DNA from: a virus
DNA length: 64,000 nt
Reading direction: 5' to 3' (one strand)
IMG/VR virus record: IMGVR_UViG_3300037091_000060
Location: 1-64,000 of that record
Below the pieces are notes generated by a model. The model saw only the letters and a list, made by a program, of their open reading frames with translations, was not told the origin of the DNA and made no database searches. Shown here piece after piece: positions 48,795 through 58,443 of this stretch; the stretch's first letter is position 1, and each line of letters starts with the position of its first letter. The position numbers and the translations under genes were made by a program.

Positions 48795-49085
48795 TGTCTT
48801 CTCCAAACGCCGCGTCCCACTTCTCTTGCGAAACGTTGTTGACCCCCCACGTGGCCTTGATCGCGCCTCGTGCGAGTTTGTCTCCACTTCCGATATCACC
48901 TAGTGACATTGTTATTCTCCTTTATAATCCGGATGCTGCAATTCTTTTGGAATGTCCGCCTCAAGTTCTGCGGGCAGAGGCTTATTGGGGTCCGCTCCCG
49001 GCCAATTGGTCCGGACGTAGTTCTCCCGCGTTACCGGGGTGCCCTTCTTTTTCAAGTAGTCCAGAACGTAATCCATAAGTCTCAT
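48694..49085 (-). CDS. Two small hypothetical proteins (48912-49085, 48694-48909)
   Basis: MRLMDYVLDYLKKKGTPVTRENY.. directly after promoter; second has GGAG SD. Confidence 0.55.
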
Positions 49086-49091
49086 CCTTTT

Positions 49092-49120
49092 ATCGTAGCA
49101 TTTTCTACTGGGGTTGTCAA
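49092..49120 (-). promoter_or_regulatory. Leftward sigma70-type promoter, likely leaderless
   Basis: Reverse strand TTGACA-17-TACGAT with TG; ATG 7 nt downstream. Confidence 0.75.
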
Positions 49121-49128
49121 GCCTTATT

Positions 49129-50103
49129 TTAACTGTTCGACGCGTTAATGAGCGCGGGCGTAAAGTTTATGTTGGAGAGGTTCGTGTTGGAGACGACCAC
49201 GTACGCTCTGCGGAGGTACACCCGCACGTTCGCCGGGTCCGTTGCCTCGATGATGTACTCGCCAACAGGAACTGTAAACGAGTAATTTCCGTTCGCGTCG
49301 CTGATCGTAAACAAGGTTTGAGTTTTAGAACTATCGACGCGAGTCGGCGTCATTTGAATCAAAATATTCGAGAAGCTAACGCTCCCGGACACGTTAACAG
49401 ACCCCGCCGTCAAGCTACAGATATCAACTGGCGGCTGGGTTGCGCCAGCGGGACACGGTGTAAGTAGCGACCCGTTCCCTGTATCACCGTTCGACAAAGT
49501 ATTTCCGTTTCCCGAACTATCAAGTGTAAGATTGTCCCCACAAAACTTCCACCACCCTACTAGGTTATTAGAACTTGGCGTACCGCCTAAAGCGACGGAC
49601 GCTATCTGCGAGTCAGAGAGCACGGTATTGTAGATGCGTAGGTCGGAGAGTTCACCGTCGTACTGGTTGGTGCCGCCGTCGTTACCGATATATGCAAACC
49701 CGGCTGTGTCGTTTTTCGGAGTCTGCCCCGTTGGTACCGTGGCCTCCGCAGTGTAAGTGATCTCCGCGCCGTTCCGGTAGAGTTTCAAAGGACCGCCGTC
49801 CACTATATCGAATGACATAGTGTAGTGGAACCAAGTACCCAGTGTGAGAAGGTTGGTTAAGGAATCTGATGTCGCGGGACCAGATGGGTTGTACTTTATC
49901 TTGACGCCCATTTGTCCGCTTGAACTAATCCAGCAGACATCTGTGTAGACACTGGCCGGGGCCTTCACGAACATAGCTGGCTGGGAGTTCGGATATGACA
50001 AGGGCTTGACCCACATGCAGATAGTCCCTTTACCAAGATTCCCGTATGCCGTAGACCCCGGTGCCGTCAGTCCCGATGTGGTGCCGTTCGTTCGTACGCT
50101 CAT
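49129..50103 (-). CDS. LamG/ConA-like lectin domain virion protein with C-terminal carboxypeptidase-regulatory-like domain
   Basis: TICMWVK, WFHY, LYRNG, IG..YDGELSDLRIYN..LS..I, LVGWWKF; SDANGNYSF. Confidence 0.8.
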   Translation of the reverse strand: MSVRTNGTTSGLTAPGSTAYGNLGKGTICMWVKPLSYPNSQPAMFVKAPASVYTDVCWISSSGQMGVKIKYNPSGPATSDSLTNLLTLGTWFHYTMSFDIVDGGPLKLYRNGAEITYTAEATVPTGQTPKNDTAGFAYIGNDGGTNQYDGELSDLRIYNTVLSDSQIASVALGGTPSSNNLVGWWKFCGDNLTLDSSGNGNTLSNGDTGNGSLLTPCPAGATQPPVDICSLTAGSVNVSGSVSFSNILIQMTPTRVDSSKTQTLFTISDANGNYSFTVPVGEYIIEATDPANVRVYLRRAYVVVSNTNLSNINFTPALINASNS

Positions 50104-52695
50104 TTAACTTCCGTTCCATGAGTTCACAGCCGATGGCGTGAGATTAATATCCGTGTTGGCGTTCACGCCGTCTACCACCACGAGGACTTGAAGTCTATAC
50201 ACGAAACCCGACGCCCATGCGCCGATGTAGTATCTCCCGACAGGCAGATTGGAGAAGCTATAATTGCCAGAAGAGTCTGAGAGGGTAGTGAAAATCTGAG
50301 TTTTGCTGCTGTCAAAGTGATCGCTGACACACTCGACCAGCGCGCCAGTTTTGACAACATTTCCTGAGATGGCCCCAGAAGTAGGAACAGGAATGCCCGT
50401 CACAAAGTTCACCGTTGAGCCGGGGGCTAACAAGGTTCCAGCGGCTGGATTAGAACTGATAACGAGACCGCCCGAACCAGTTATTGTACCAACTGCGAAA
50501 CCTTCACTGATTAACAGTGCTATGGCCTGCGCTTGAGTTAAACCAATCAAACTCGACGAGAGAACAAGGCCCGTATTGCCGCCCGCCCATAAACTGATCT
50601 GTGCATCAGTGAGGGCAATCGTGTTATTGATCTGAATTCCGGGGAATCCGGATGTGATCGAGGCAGCGTAATCCTGCGCTTGCAGAATCAGGAACCCGTT
50701 CTGGTAAACCGACAAGACAATGCTGCCGTCACTTCCTTGGGTGGATGCAAGCCTGATGACATCACCAACTTGCACAGTAAGGTTGTTAGGGGTTGCGTTT
50801 GGATTAGAGAGAACAGTTCCTACGTTGTTGACTGACTTTCCGATTTGGAAATCTACGCCACCTGTAATTGTGCCTGTCGGCGAAGTGAGTTGTGCGTAGT
50901 AATAAGTGTGTGTCGCGACTTGTCCCAAAACAAGCGGGAGTATGAACTGAGCCGTACGTCCACCCACCATAGCGTGTACCGTTATCTCACTGTATTGGTT
51001 TACACCAAAAGATGCTCCAGTGTATAAGCCTACGCAGCGGCTTCCGGCAGTAGTTGTTGCTTCAACAAATGGTCCGGCAACAATTTTTAAAGCACCAGCC
51101 GTAGCCTGGGTGGTCCAGTTAGCAGATAAAGGTCCCACCCCGCTTGTGAACGCATCCACCGCAACTTGGGTGGTACCGTCTTCGTTCGTTGATACAATCG
51201 CGGCCAAGGTAGAGCCTACGGGAGCAAGAGCTAGGCCGCCTTGATAAACTTGTGGCCCGGTCGAGTCACCCGGCGAACCGACATAGTACATACCGACACG
51301 GTTCAACGTTGGCATGTAAAGTACCGACGTGGCGTAAGCACCTGATTCCGTTGAATTCAAAGACTCCCATAATCCGGAACGGTGAATAGAGTGATGAACG
51401 AGCGTCCAGTTAATCAAGTCGGTGGAACTGTAAAGTACGGTCTCAAGCGGGTCGAAGTTAGGGGCTGATGGGTTTCCTTGTCCCGGTTGGTTGGCGGTTC
51501 CGTACATGTAGTAGGTCGAGCCAATTTTGAGAACGCTGCAATCCATCCCGAAGACGTTTGCTAGAACAGGATTGCCTGAGTTCTGCATCGCCCACGTAAT
51601 ACCGTCGGCTGAAGTTGCGAGGTAGGTGTTTGGCGCACTACCTGTTCCGTTCAATGCTGAGAACAAGGCATAAAATATTCCAGCGATGACATCAGCGATC
51701 ACTAGATAATAAACATTGGGATACGTCCCACCTGTAGGGAGGTTCGTTGCAGTCTGAGCCGACCAGTGTATCCCGTCCGCGCTGGTGGACATGTAAGCCG
51801 TGGCAGAACCTATAGAAGCGGCTGGTTGGCCCCAGTGATAGTAAATTCCATTGTACTTGAAGACCTGACCGTTAGCGTACGCGCTGATGACTGGATTTGA
51901 TGAATAGCGTGTCCAGCTTATACCGTCTGCCGACTCAGCGTAATTGACCCCGTTGAGATTAGTAAACCAGCCCTTGTATACGCTAGGACCAGCCAGAATC
52001 TGTGGATTGGTGTCGTAGATAACGCCCTGCATCCCCGTTACGCCAGTCCCGAAGTTACCACCCGAGGCCACTTCCGCAGCGGTGGGCGCGAAGATTACGC
52101 CCTGCTTTGTCCAGATACCATCTTGTTGAACGGAATTATAACCGCGCCACGATGCAACTTGGGAATTCACGACTGCGTTGGTTGCTGATTGGAAGAACCC
52201 CGGTGCGCCACCGGACGGAAAAGTTGCGTCTCCGATATAGAAAATTCGGGTGCCGTTCTGATAAACAGCAATGACCGCCCCGAGTGCAGAGAGTGACCAC
52301 ACGTCACCGGAAGCAATAGTTAACCCGGAAACCGTAGAACCAAGTTGGGTTGCAGACCCAGCAGTAATCTTTTGTACAATGAGAGTGGCAACGCCGCTGG
52401 CGTGAGTGATGGCAGCTTGGTATCCACTATTTCCCGACGTATAACGAACACCCAAAGTAAGCACGTTCGTTCCGGTCGTATTTAGTGATTGAATTGTAAC
52501 TTCCGAAATCTGATCGTTGCCCCAAGTCAAGGCCGTCCACAATTGTCCGCAAGAGGTATTTATAGCGGTAGGTTCGGCGTAGAAGGGAGACCCAGCGGTA
52601 ATCGCGGACTCTGCTAGGTTCGGCCACGCAGACCACCCCGCAGCGAGACTGCCGGATGCGAAATTGTCAGATGCTAGTAGGGTGTTGTTTGCCAT
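50104..52695 (-). CDS. Tail/receptor-binding protein: duplicated beta-sandwich, Asp-box beta-propeller, PASTA-like and carboxypeptidase-regulatory-like domains
   Basis: SADGISW/SADGIHW/SADGITW/STDLINW; LIGLTQAQA..VISSNPAAG; SDSSGNYSF. Confidence 0.7.
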   Translation of the reverse strand: MANNTLLASDNFASGSLAAGWSAWPNLAESAITAGSPFYAEPTAINTSCGQLWTALTWGNDQISEVTIQSLNTTGTNVLTLGVRYTSGNSGYQAAITHASGVATLIVQKITAGSATQLGSTVSGLTIASGDVWSLSALGAVIAVYQNGTRIFYIGDATFPSGGAPGFFQSATNAVVNSQVASWRGYNSVQQDGIWTKQGVIFAPTAAEVASGGNFGTGVTGMQGVIYDTNPQILAGPSVYKGWFTNLNGVNYAESADGISWTRYSSNPVISAYANGQVFKYNGIYYHWGQPAASIGSATAYMSTSADGIHWSAQTATNLPTGGTYPNVYYLVIADVIAGIFYALFSALNGTGSAPNTYLATSADGITWAMQNSGNPVLANVFGMDCSVLKIGSTYYMYGTANQPGQGNPSAPNFDPLETVLYSSTDLINWTLVHHSIHRSGLWESLNSTESGAYATSVLYMPTLNRVGMYYVGSPGDSTGPQVYQGGLALAPVGSTLAAIVSTNEDGTTQVAVDAFTSGVGPLSANWTTQATAGALKIVAGPFVEATTTAGSRCVGLYTGASFGVNQYSEITVHAMVGGRTAQFILPLVLGQVATHTYYYAQLTSPTGTITGGVDFQIGKSVNNVGTVLSNPNATPNNLTVQVGDVIRLASTQGSDGSIVLSVYQNGFLILQAQDYAASITSGFPGIQINNTIALTDAQISLWAGGNTGLVLSSSLIGLTQAQAIALLISEGFAVGTITGSGGLVISSNPAAGTLLAPGSTVNFVTGIPVPTSGAISGNVVKTGALVECVSDHFDSSKTQIFTTLSDSSGNYSFSNLPVGRYYIGAWASGFVYRLQVLVVVDGVNANTDINLTPSAVNSWNGS

Positions 52696-55600
52696 TTATT
52701 TCGCTCCGTGAAGATTCAGGTACTTGCTCTTCAAAACTGGCATATCGCCCAAATTAGCGACGCCCGACTTCTGGGTGTTGCCTCCAAAATCGAAGGTATC
52801 TGGCTCCAGTTTTGGAGTCTTAGGTTTTTCGGCGTTCTCGGATATTTGTTCACGGGCGGTCTTCGCGTACGCGCTGACTTGCTGTTGCGCCTGTGACTGA
52901 GTGATCTTGCCGTCCTTGTACTTGCCCCAGATGTCATCAATTGCCGTGCGATGGGCTGGGCTGCTCTTCAACTCCGCTGGGAAGTTCTTACGAACCTGTT
53001 CCCACGTGATCGATTGTAGTTGGCGCGGCTGTATGCCGAGTTCCGCAGCGGCTTGACGGTAGGCCTCGGCGTGGACGGCGTACGTGCCCTTCAATCCTGT
53101 GGCGGCGACGCTCAGTCTCCCGAAGTTGTCTAGTACCTCTGGGTCCTTTCCACTCAGCGGACGCTGGTGGCCCGCAGCCACGGCGTGCGTGTCGATGGTA
53201 ACATGGCCGCCCGGGTTATTCGGGTCCACGATGTTGTTGTAAAAGTTTCGAACCTTGTGCGACCCGCCTAGGTTGCGGCTGATATTCTCGCGAGAACCAT
53301 CGTCCAGTATGTTCACGCCCTTCGCGATTTCGTTCAACGCGCCCCACGCGATCTTGGAATTGGAACCGTCGTTGTTCGTCATCGTGTGAGTGTAGTCGCC
53401 TGTGCCCGGGTCTACGTACTTAAACGAGCGGTCGTTGTGCGTCTCATCCCAGATACGAATGAACGCGGCCTTCTCCAACGGCTCGGTAAGCTGGTTCAAC
53501 GTTCGGTCGCCAATCGCGTCGGCCATCCCACCCAGACCAATCTCTCCGGCCTTCTTGTGGGCCTCTGGTGCCAACGAGTCGTCCGCATGCTGGTGGTAGA
53601 TGTCGGTTGTGCGTTCGGCCAGCCCGACGTTCATGTTCCAATCTTTTTGAGGCGACATCGCAGCTAACACGCCCGCGCCCTGCTTGGTGCTCTTGCCGTA
53701 CTTGGAAGCGATGCGGTCGCCGATCTTGTTCGCGCTCTCGTACCACTTCGCTGTAGCGTCGCGAGTCTCTTTCGGAACCTGATTGTAAAGGTCCTTCAAG
53801 TTACTCTTGAACTGGTCGATATATTTGCTGATGACCTTCTGCGGGTCTTTCAGTCCGTCCGGAATTCTCATCCCGGGCATCTCGCGAATCTTGTTCGCAA
53901 TCTTCACCGCAGCCTCGGGTGTGACCGAGTGCATGCCAATGTGGACGTTCTCGGTGTGCGGGTCGGCTATCGCCTTCGTGCCAGTGGGAACCGCAGTCGA
54001 GATGATTCCCTTCTGCTGGTCTTCGGTGCCTTCCGCGTTCTTACCGAAATTAAAATCCTCGCCACCCGTGCCCTCTCCGGTGCCGCCAGTTGGGATAGTC
54101 TCACCGCTGCCTAAGTGGTAGATCGCCTTCTGGTTCGCGTCCTGACCCGCCGCAACTGCGGCGTCACGGTCTGTGTGCAGCTTGGTGATATCCAGTACCG
54201 ACTTCCCAGTGTCCGGGTCCTTCCACGTTCCCACGGCGCGGTCGCCCTGCGATAGCAGGTCCGCGTTGTCGGCCTTGAACTTCGCCAGAACTTCCGGAGT
54301 CAGCTTGTCGACTGACAGGGTACGATCTGGGTGCGCGCCGACAGAATACAAATCCTTACCAGCGAGGTTCTCGCCCTCTGGCGTGAAGGTAGAGCCACCG
54401 TTAGCCTCGTGCGCGGCCACTTGATCGGTCTTGTTGACGTTCGACTGTTCCAACGCCTGAATCTTTTGCAGCATCGGCTTCACGTCGCTGGCACTTGGAA
54501 ATTCCTTTTCGGTTGAAAGGGTGTTGCGGGTTTCTGGAGAGATATCCGCGCGCTCCATGCGCAAGATGCCGTTACGGTCTCCGTTCGCGCCGAATGAACG
54601 GGCCATTGCGTCAGCCTGCTCCGCACTAACTCCATCTTTTGGTACCGAGAATGCGAGCGTATTACCGCCGCGCTCCCGAGACTTATGCACGCGAATTGCC
54701 TTTGACTCGTTTATAAAATCTTGACGGTTATCCTTATAAACGGTCCCATCGCCAAAACCGTTGGCCCCGCCGCCGTGCTCTTCAATGGCTTCGGTATGAT
54801 CTACAGGTAAATCGATGTAACGGCCATCTGGTGTAATGAAACCAGCGGCACGAGAAATCTTCGGGTCATCGTGGACACCGTACGCACGCTTGATGTTGGC
54901 GAGAACCTCATCGTGATCGATGTTCGACTGCTCCGTCTTCGGTTTATCCGCAGCCGCGTACTGAGCACGAGACGCGCGCAACTTCTCTGCGGTGGCCTCC
55001 GGTGTAACGGTTTCCTTCGGAGAGAATCCTAACGTGGTCCCAGACTCGGGGTCGTGGAACATGCGGACGTGGTTGTCCTTGTCGAACTCCATGCGCCCGC
55101 CCGGGACACCGCCGCCTTCCTTGATGGCCGCGTCATCCGCAGCATCTCCCGTGGAACGCTCCGGTGGGACACTCGGCGTCTTCTTTATTTCGCTTTTCTC
55201 GACCCTATCGGCTGTTTCACCCTCTCCATCGCTTCCGCGAACGACTTGTCCGCGTCCGCTTTCACTTCCTCCTGTGTCCTTCTCTTCCGCCCCGTCGCCT
55301 GCTGGGCGTGCATCTTTCTCGCCGCCTTCCCCAGTTCCCCCAGAATCTGGTCCAGAGTCAGTTCCTTCGTGCTCATTGTGTGCCTCCAATATATCTCGTT
55401 GAAACTGCATCATTCTACCACGGCTCATGTGCAGACTCTCGTGCAAACCGTCTTCACGAACTGCGGCATTAGCTTTAATTCTATCCGCAATATGTGGTTG
55501 TGTCAAGAACTTTCTTGTGGCCTCATACTGCGCGTCTATGTAATCCTCGACCTGCGAGGGGGTCCAATCTGGGTAAGCTGTGCGTACAGCGGTGCGCGCG

Positions 55601-58443
55601 CCACTCACATCAGTCCTAGTTGCTGGATGGCTCATCGCTTCGTCTTTCGTCATCCCGCCGAATACCTCGTGGCTCACTGGACCAGCTAATTTCTGATTAA
55701 CCCTCTTATCAATCTGAGACAACAATTTTTCCGGGTCAACGATTCCGTTTTTATCTACAATGCTAGACGTATCATATACATACGCAGCCCCTGAACCCTT
55801 CGGCATGCTGGGGTGTTTATCACTGCGAATTTCAATTCCGGTTGGCTCGTCTACCGCGTCCATAGCAGCGTGTGCCACCTCGTGAATGTGCGCGTCATTT
55901 GATGATACTTTCGTTCCAGTAATTTCTGTTGCAGGAGAGTGAGCCTTCATTGCAACTGAGTGCGACACTAGCGCAGACTCATCGCTACGTCCTAGTGAAA
56001 CTAAGGTCGGATTTAGTTTGGTCGGCTCGCCGTCCGTCGCTCTCTGGTCGGCTTCGCTGATGATGTCGCTCTCGCTCTTGGGGCCTTCCGCTGCCGGGAG
56101 CGAGGTCTTCGCTGCCGCCGCGTGAATTTTACGATCTGCTGCATCCGCTTTCTCGATTTGAAGATTGATTCTCTTCATATCGCCTTCTAACTTTCCACCA
56201 TTCTTCTTGATTGCAGCCACGTCTTTCTTGAAGTCGTCTTCCAACTCCTGATAGCTCAAGGTCGCAGCATCTGGGTCGGAGGAGTTCGCTATCAGTTCTG
56301 CGTGCAAATCCTCGTTCTCGCGTGGAGTTAGATCGATTGGCTCTGGTGCCGCGACTGGCGTGGGCGTTGGTGGTTTCGGAATTGCAGGGCTGCCCTCTCC
56401 GGTGATCTTAGTTGGCTTACGGTCGGTGCCCTTGTACTTCATCGCCTTCTCGATGAGTTGATTACGAGTCTTGGCGCGAGGAGAGAAGAAATCAGCGAGC
56501 GGGTCTGCCGCAGCTTCGCCTATACCTGCGCCAACCATCGCGCCGTGGACGCCGCCAGCTTCCCCACCGACGACTGCGCCTGCTACTGCTCCACCCTTGC
56601 GGGTCAACTTCGCTACCAAGCTGCCTAACTTGCTTTGGCCACCAGTGCCACGAACGGCTACATCGCCACGATTGGCTCTGATTTGCGCTCCCACGGCATC
56701 GCGCACGCGAGCCAGTGACGCAGTCTCGCTTCTAGCCTCTCTAGAGTTTTCGATTCCGTGACCTTCTAAATTGTTGTGAAGCGCATCACGCGCGGCTTCT
56801 AACATGAAAAAGCGGGCCGCAAACTCTGGGTTCGTTTCAATCATGTTGTTGATGTCCCAGTTGTTCGCACCCTTCATCGCACCGCGCTGGTAGTTGTTCA
56901 ACTTCGTGATTAGCTCTATGGTCTCCCCCACAGTCGGGTTGGCAGCGGTTGGGAACTTGTCCAACGTTTTCGCAGCATTGTCAAAGTTGCTGTCTACCTT
57001 CGCCATCTCCATTAACTTTTGGACAGCGATGTTCTTCGGAGACAAAGAATCTTCCGGCTTTGTACCCGCAGGTTCACTGACAACTGGTTCGTCTTTGTAC
57101 GGCTCGGCCTTTTCAAATAGGTTATTCTCGATGCCATCGCGGCCCTCTTCGATTGCGCTATACATCGCCGGAAGGTCCGTAATCTTGGTACCGCCCGCCT
57201 TCGCGGCCTCTGTGTGAGCTAGTGCGCGGTCCAAATCCTCATCCGAATATCGGTTCGTTCCCTTGTTTTTCGGCACGACCTGCTCAATCAAATCTTTTGC
57301 TTTCTTAGAGTCGCTGGCGGTACGTTCGTACTCCGCAGCCTTCGCCTTTTCGTCGGCTGATGTAATACGACGGTGTAGTTTCTCCAACTCGATTTTCGCG
57401 TCGGCGCGGGACTCAGATGCTTGGTCGAATGCCTTTTGAGCATCACCCACGTTCTTTGCAGCCTCATTTGCAAGCTGGCGTGCTGCATCTGTTTGTTGTG
57501 GAGTTCCTTTACCATCGGCCTCCGCTTGTGCCGCATCGAGTGCACGCTGGTGAACTTCCGCCGCCTGTCCGCGTGATGTTTCTAGATTACGTGAACGGTT
57601 GGTGTACTCTGTCTCCGCTGCGGTGTTTTTGTTTACCGCAACTCCGAAGCGTTCGATGACCGGGTTAAGTGCCTCGTGAACCTGACGTCCGGCGACGATG
57701 GCGGCAACGTTGCCGACCATCTCCTGTGTATCCGGGTCTGCGCCCATCGCGGCGGCGGCTTTCACAGCCATCTGTTGGGCAGCCATCGCGGGAGTAATAA
57801 CTGCGAGTGCCTCCGGCTGAAGCATGGCCGCAGGACCTAGTGCCTCAAACGTTCCGGCTACCGTTTTGTTGGCTGCGATTTCTAATTTCTTCGCATCTTC
57901 ACCGTGAGCAGCGGCTGCTGATACTGGGTTCACGCCGTGAGCGATGTCTGTTAGTGTTGGTGCAACTGCACGCTTGACATCGATGGCACCTTCGAGTGCT
58001 GCAGGCGCGCCTGTTAAAGCACTGACACCCGGCATCATCTTCGCCGCGCCCGGTGCCACGCCGTACTCGGTGCCCTTCGCACCGAACTTGCTCAACATCG
58101 AACCAACCCAAGTTGAGTGGGTTCCGTTCTTAACGTCACCTTGAACATCCTGCAACCAAGAATGGAAGTCGTTTGGACGCGCACTCATTGATGTCGGACC
58201 TGCGCCAGCGAACGCTTTATCAGCAACGTCGCGAGACGTGGTTGGTACGACACCACTTGGCGTAGCAATCGGAGTTGACTTGCTCATGTCAACCTTTATC
58301 GGTGCAGCTTGCTGTTGCTGTCCAATCGGAGTTGACTTGCTCATGTCAACCTTTATCGGTGCAGCTTGTTCTTGCGGAGCAGCGTCCTGCGGCGGTGCGT
58401 CAGGAGTCTGCTCGGGAGCCTGCTGTAGTTCTTCGTTACTCAT
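52696..58443 (-). CDS. Large multi-domain ejection (internal virion, polyvalent-type) protein
   Basis: 1915 aa; Ala-rich coiled coil, glycine-zipper, HEVAH zincin motif, C-terminal SPQ..KVRNFY..TIDTH..QSITW domain. Confidence 0.75.
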   Translation of the reverse strand: MSNEELQQAPEQTPDAPPQDAAPQEQAAPIKVDMSKSTPIGQQQQAAPIKVDMSKSTPIATPSGVVPTTSRDVADKAFAGAGPTSMSARPNDFHSWLQDVQGDVKNGTHSTWVGSMLSKFGAKGTEYGVAPGAAKMMPGVSALTGAPAALEGAIDVKRAVAPTLTDIAHGVNPVSAAAAHGEDAKKLEIAANKTVAGTFEALGPAAMLQPEALAVITPAMAAQQMAVKAAAAMGADPDTQEMVGNVAAIVAGRQVHEALNPVIERFGVAVNKNTAAETEYTNRSRNLETSRGQAAEVHQRALDAAQAEADGKGTPQQTDAARQLANEAAKNVGDAQKAFDQASESRADAKIELEKLHRRITSADEKAKAAEYERTASDSKKAKDLIEQVVPKNKGTNRYSDEDLDRALAHTEAAKAGGTKITDLPAMYSAIEEGRDGIENNLFEKAEPYKDEPVVSEPAGTKPEDSLSPKNIAVQKLMEMAKVDSNFDNAAKTLDKFPTAANPTVGETIELITKLNNYQRGAMKGANNWDINNMIETNPEFAARFFMLEAARDALHNNLEGHGIENSREARSETASLARVRDAVGAQIRANRGDVAVRGTGGQSKLGSLVAKLTRKGGAVAGAVVGGEAGGVHGAMVGAGIGEAAADPLADFFSPRAKTRNQLIEKAMKYKGTDRKPTKITGEGSPAIPKPPTPTPVAAPEPIDLTPRENEDLHAELIANSSDPDAATLSYQELEDDFKKDVAAIKKNGGKLEGDMKRINLQIEKADAADRKIHAAAAKTSLPAAEGPKSESDIISEADQRATDGEPTKLNPTLVSLGRSDESALVSHSVAMKAHSPATEITGTKVSSNDAHIHEVAHAAMDAVDEPTGIEIRSDKHPSMPKGSGAAYVYDTSSIVDKNGIVDPEKLLSQIDKRVNQKLAGPVSHEVFGGMTKDEAMSHPATRTDVSGARTAVRTAYPDWTPSQVEDYIDAQYEATRKFLTQPHIADRIKANAAVREDGLHESLHMSRGRMMQFQRDILEAHNEHEGTDSGPDSGGTGEGGEKDARPAGDGAEEKDTGGSESGRGQVVRGSDGEGETADRVEKSEIKKTPSVPPERSTGDAADDAAIKEGGGVPGGRMEFDKDNHVRMFHDPESGTTLGFSPKETVTPEATAEKLRASRAQYAAADKPKTEQSNIDHDEVLANIKRAYGVHDDPKISRAAGFITPDGRYIDLPVDHTEAIEEHGGGANGFGDGTVYKDNRQDFINESKAIRVHKSRERGGNTLAFSVPKDGVSAEQADAMARSFGANGDRNGILRMERADISPETRNTLSTEKEFPSASDVKPMLQKIQALEQSNVNKTDQVAAHEANGGSTFTPEGENLAGKDLYSVGAHPDRTLSVDKLTPEVLAKFKADNADLLSQGDRAVGTWKDPDTGKSVLDITKLHTDRDAAVAAGQDANQKAIYHLGSGETIPTGGTGEGTGGEDFNFGKNAEGTEDQQKGIISTAVPTGTKAIADPHTENVHIGMHSVTPEAAVKIANKIREMPGMRIPDGLKDPQKVISKYIDQFKSNLKDLYNQVPKETRDATAKWYESANKIGDRIASKYGKSTKQGAGVLAAMSPQKDWNMNVGLAERTTDIYHQHADDSLAPEAHKKAGEIGLGGMADAIGDRTLNQLTEPLEKAAFIRIWDETHNDRSFKYVDPGTGDYTHTMTNNDGSNSKIAWGALNEIAKGVNILDDGSRENISRNLGGSHKVRNFYNNIVDPNNPGGHVTIDTHAVAAGHQRPLSGKDPEVLDNFGRLSVAATGLKGTYAVHAEAYRQAAAELGIQPRQLQSITWEQVRKNFPAELKSSPAHRTAIDDIWGKYKDGKITQSQAQQQVSAYAKTAREQISENAEKPKTPKLEPDTFDFGGNTQKSGVANLGDMPVLKSKYLNLHGAK
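58266..58368. repeat. Perfect 46-bp in-frame direct repeat (58266-58311 / 58323-58368)
   Basis: Encodes QAAPIKVDMSKSTPI twice. Confidence 0.9.
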
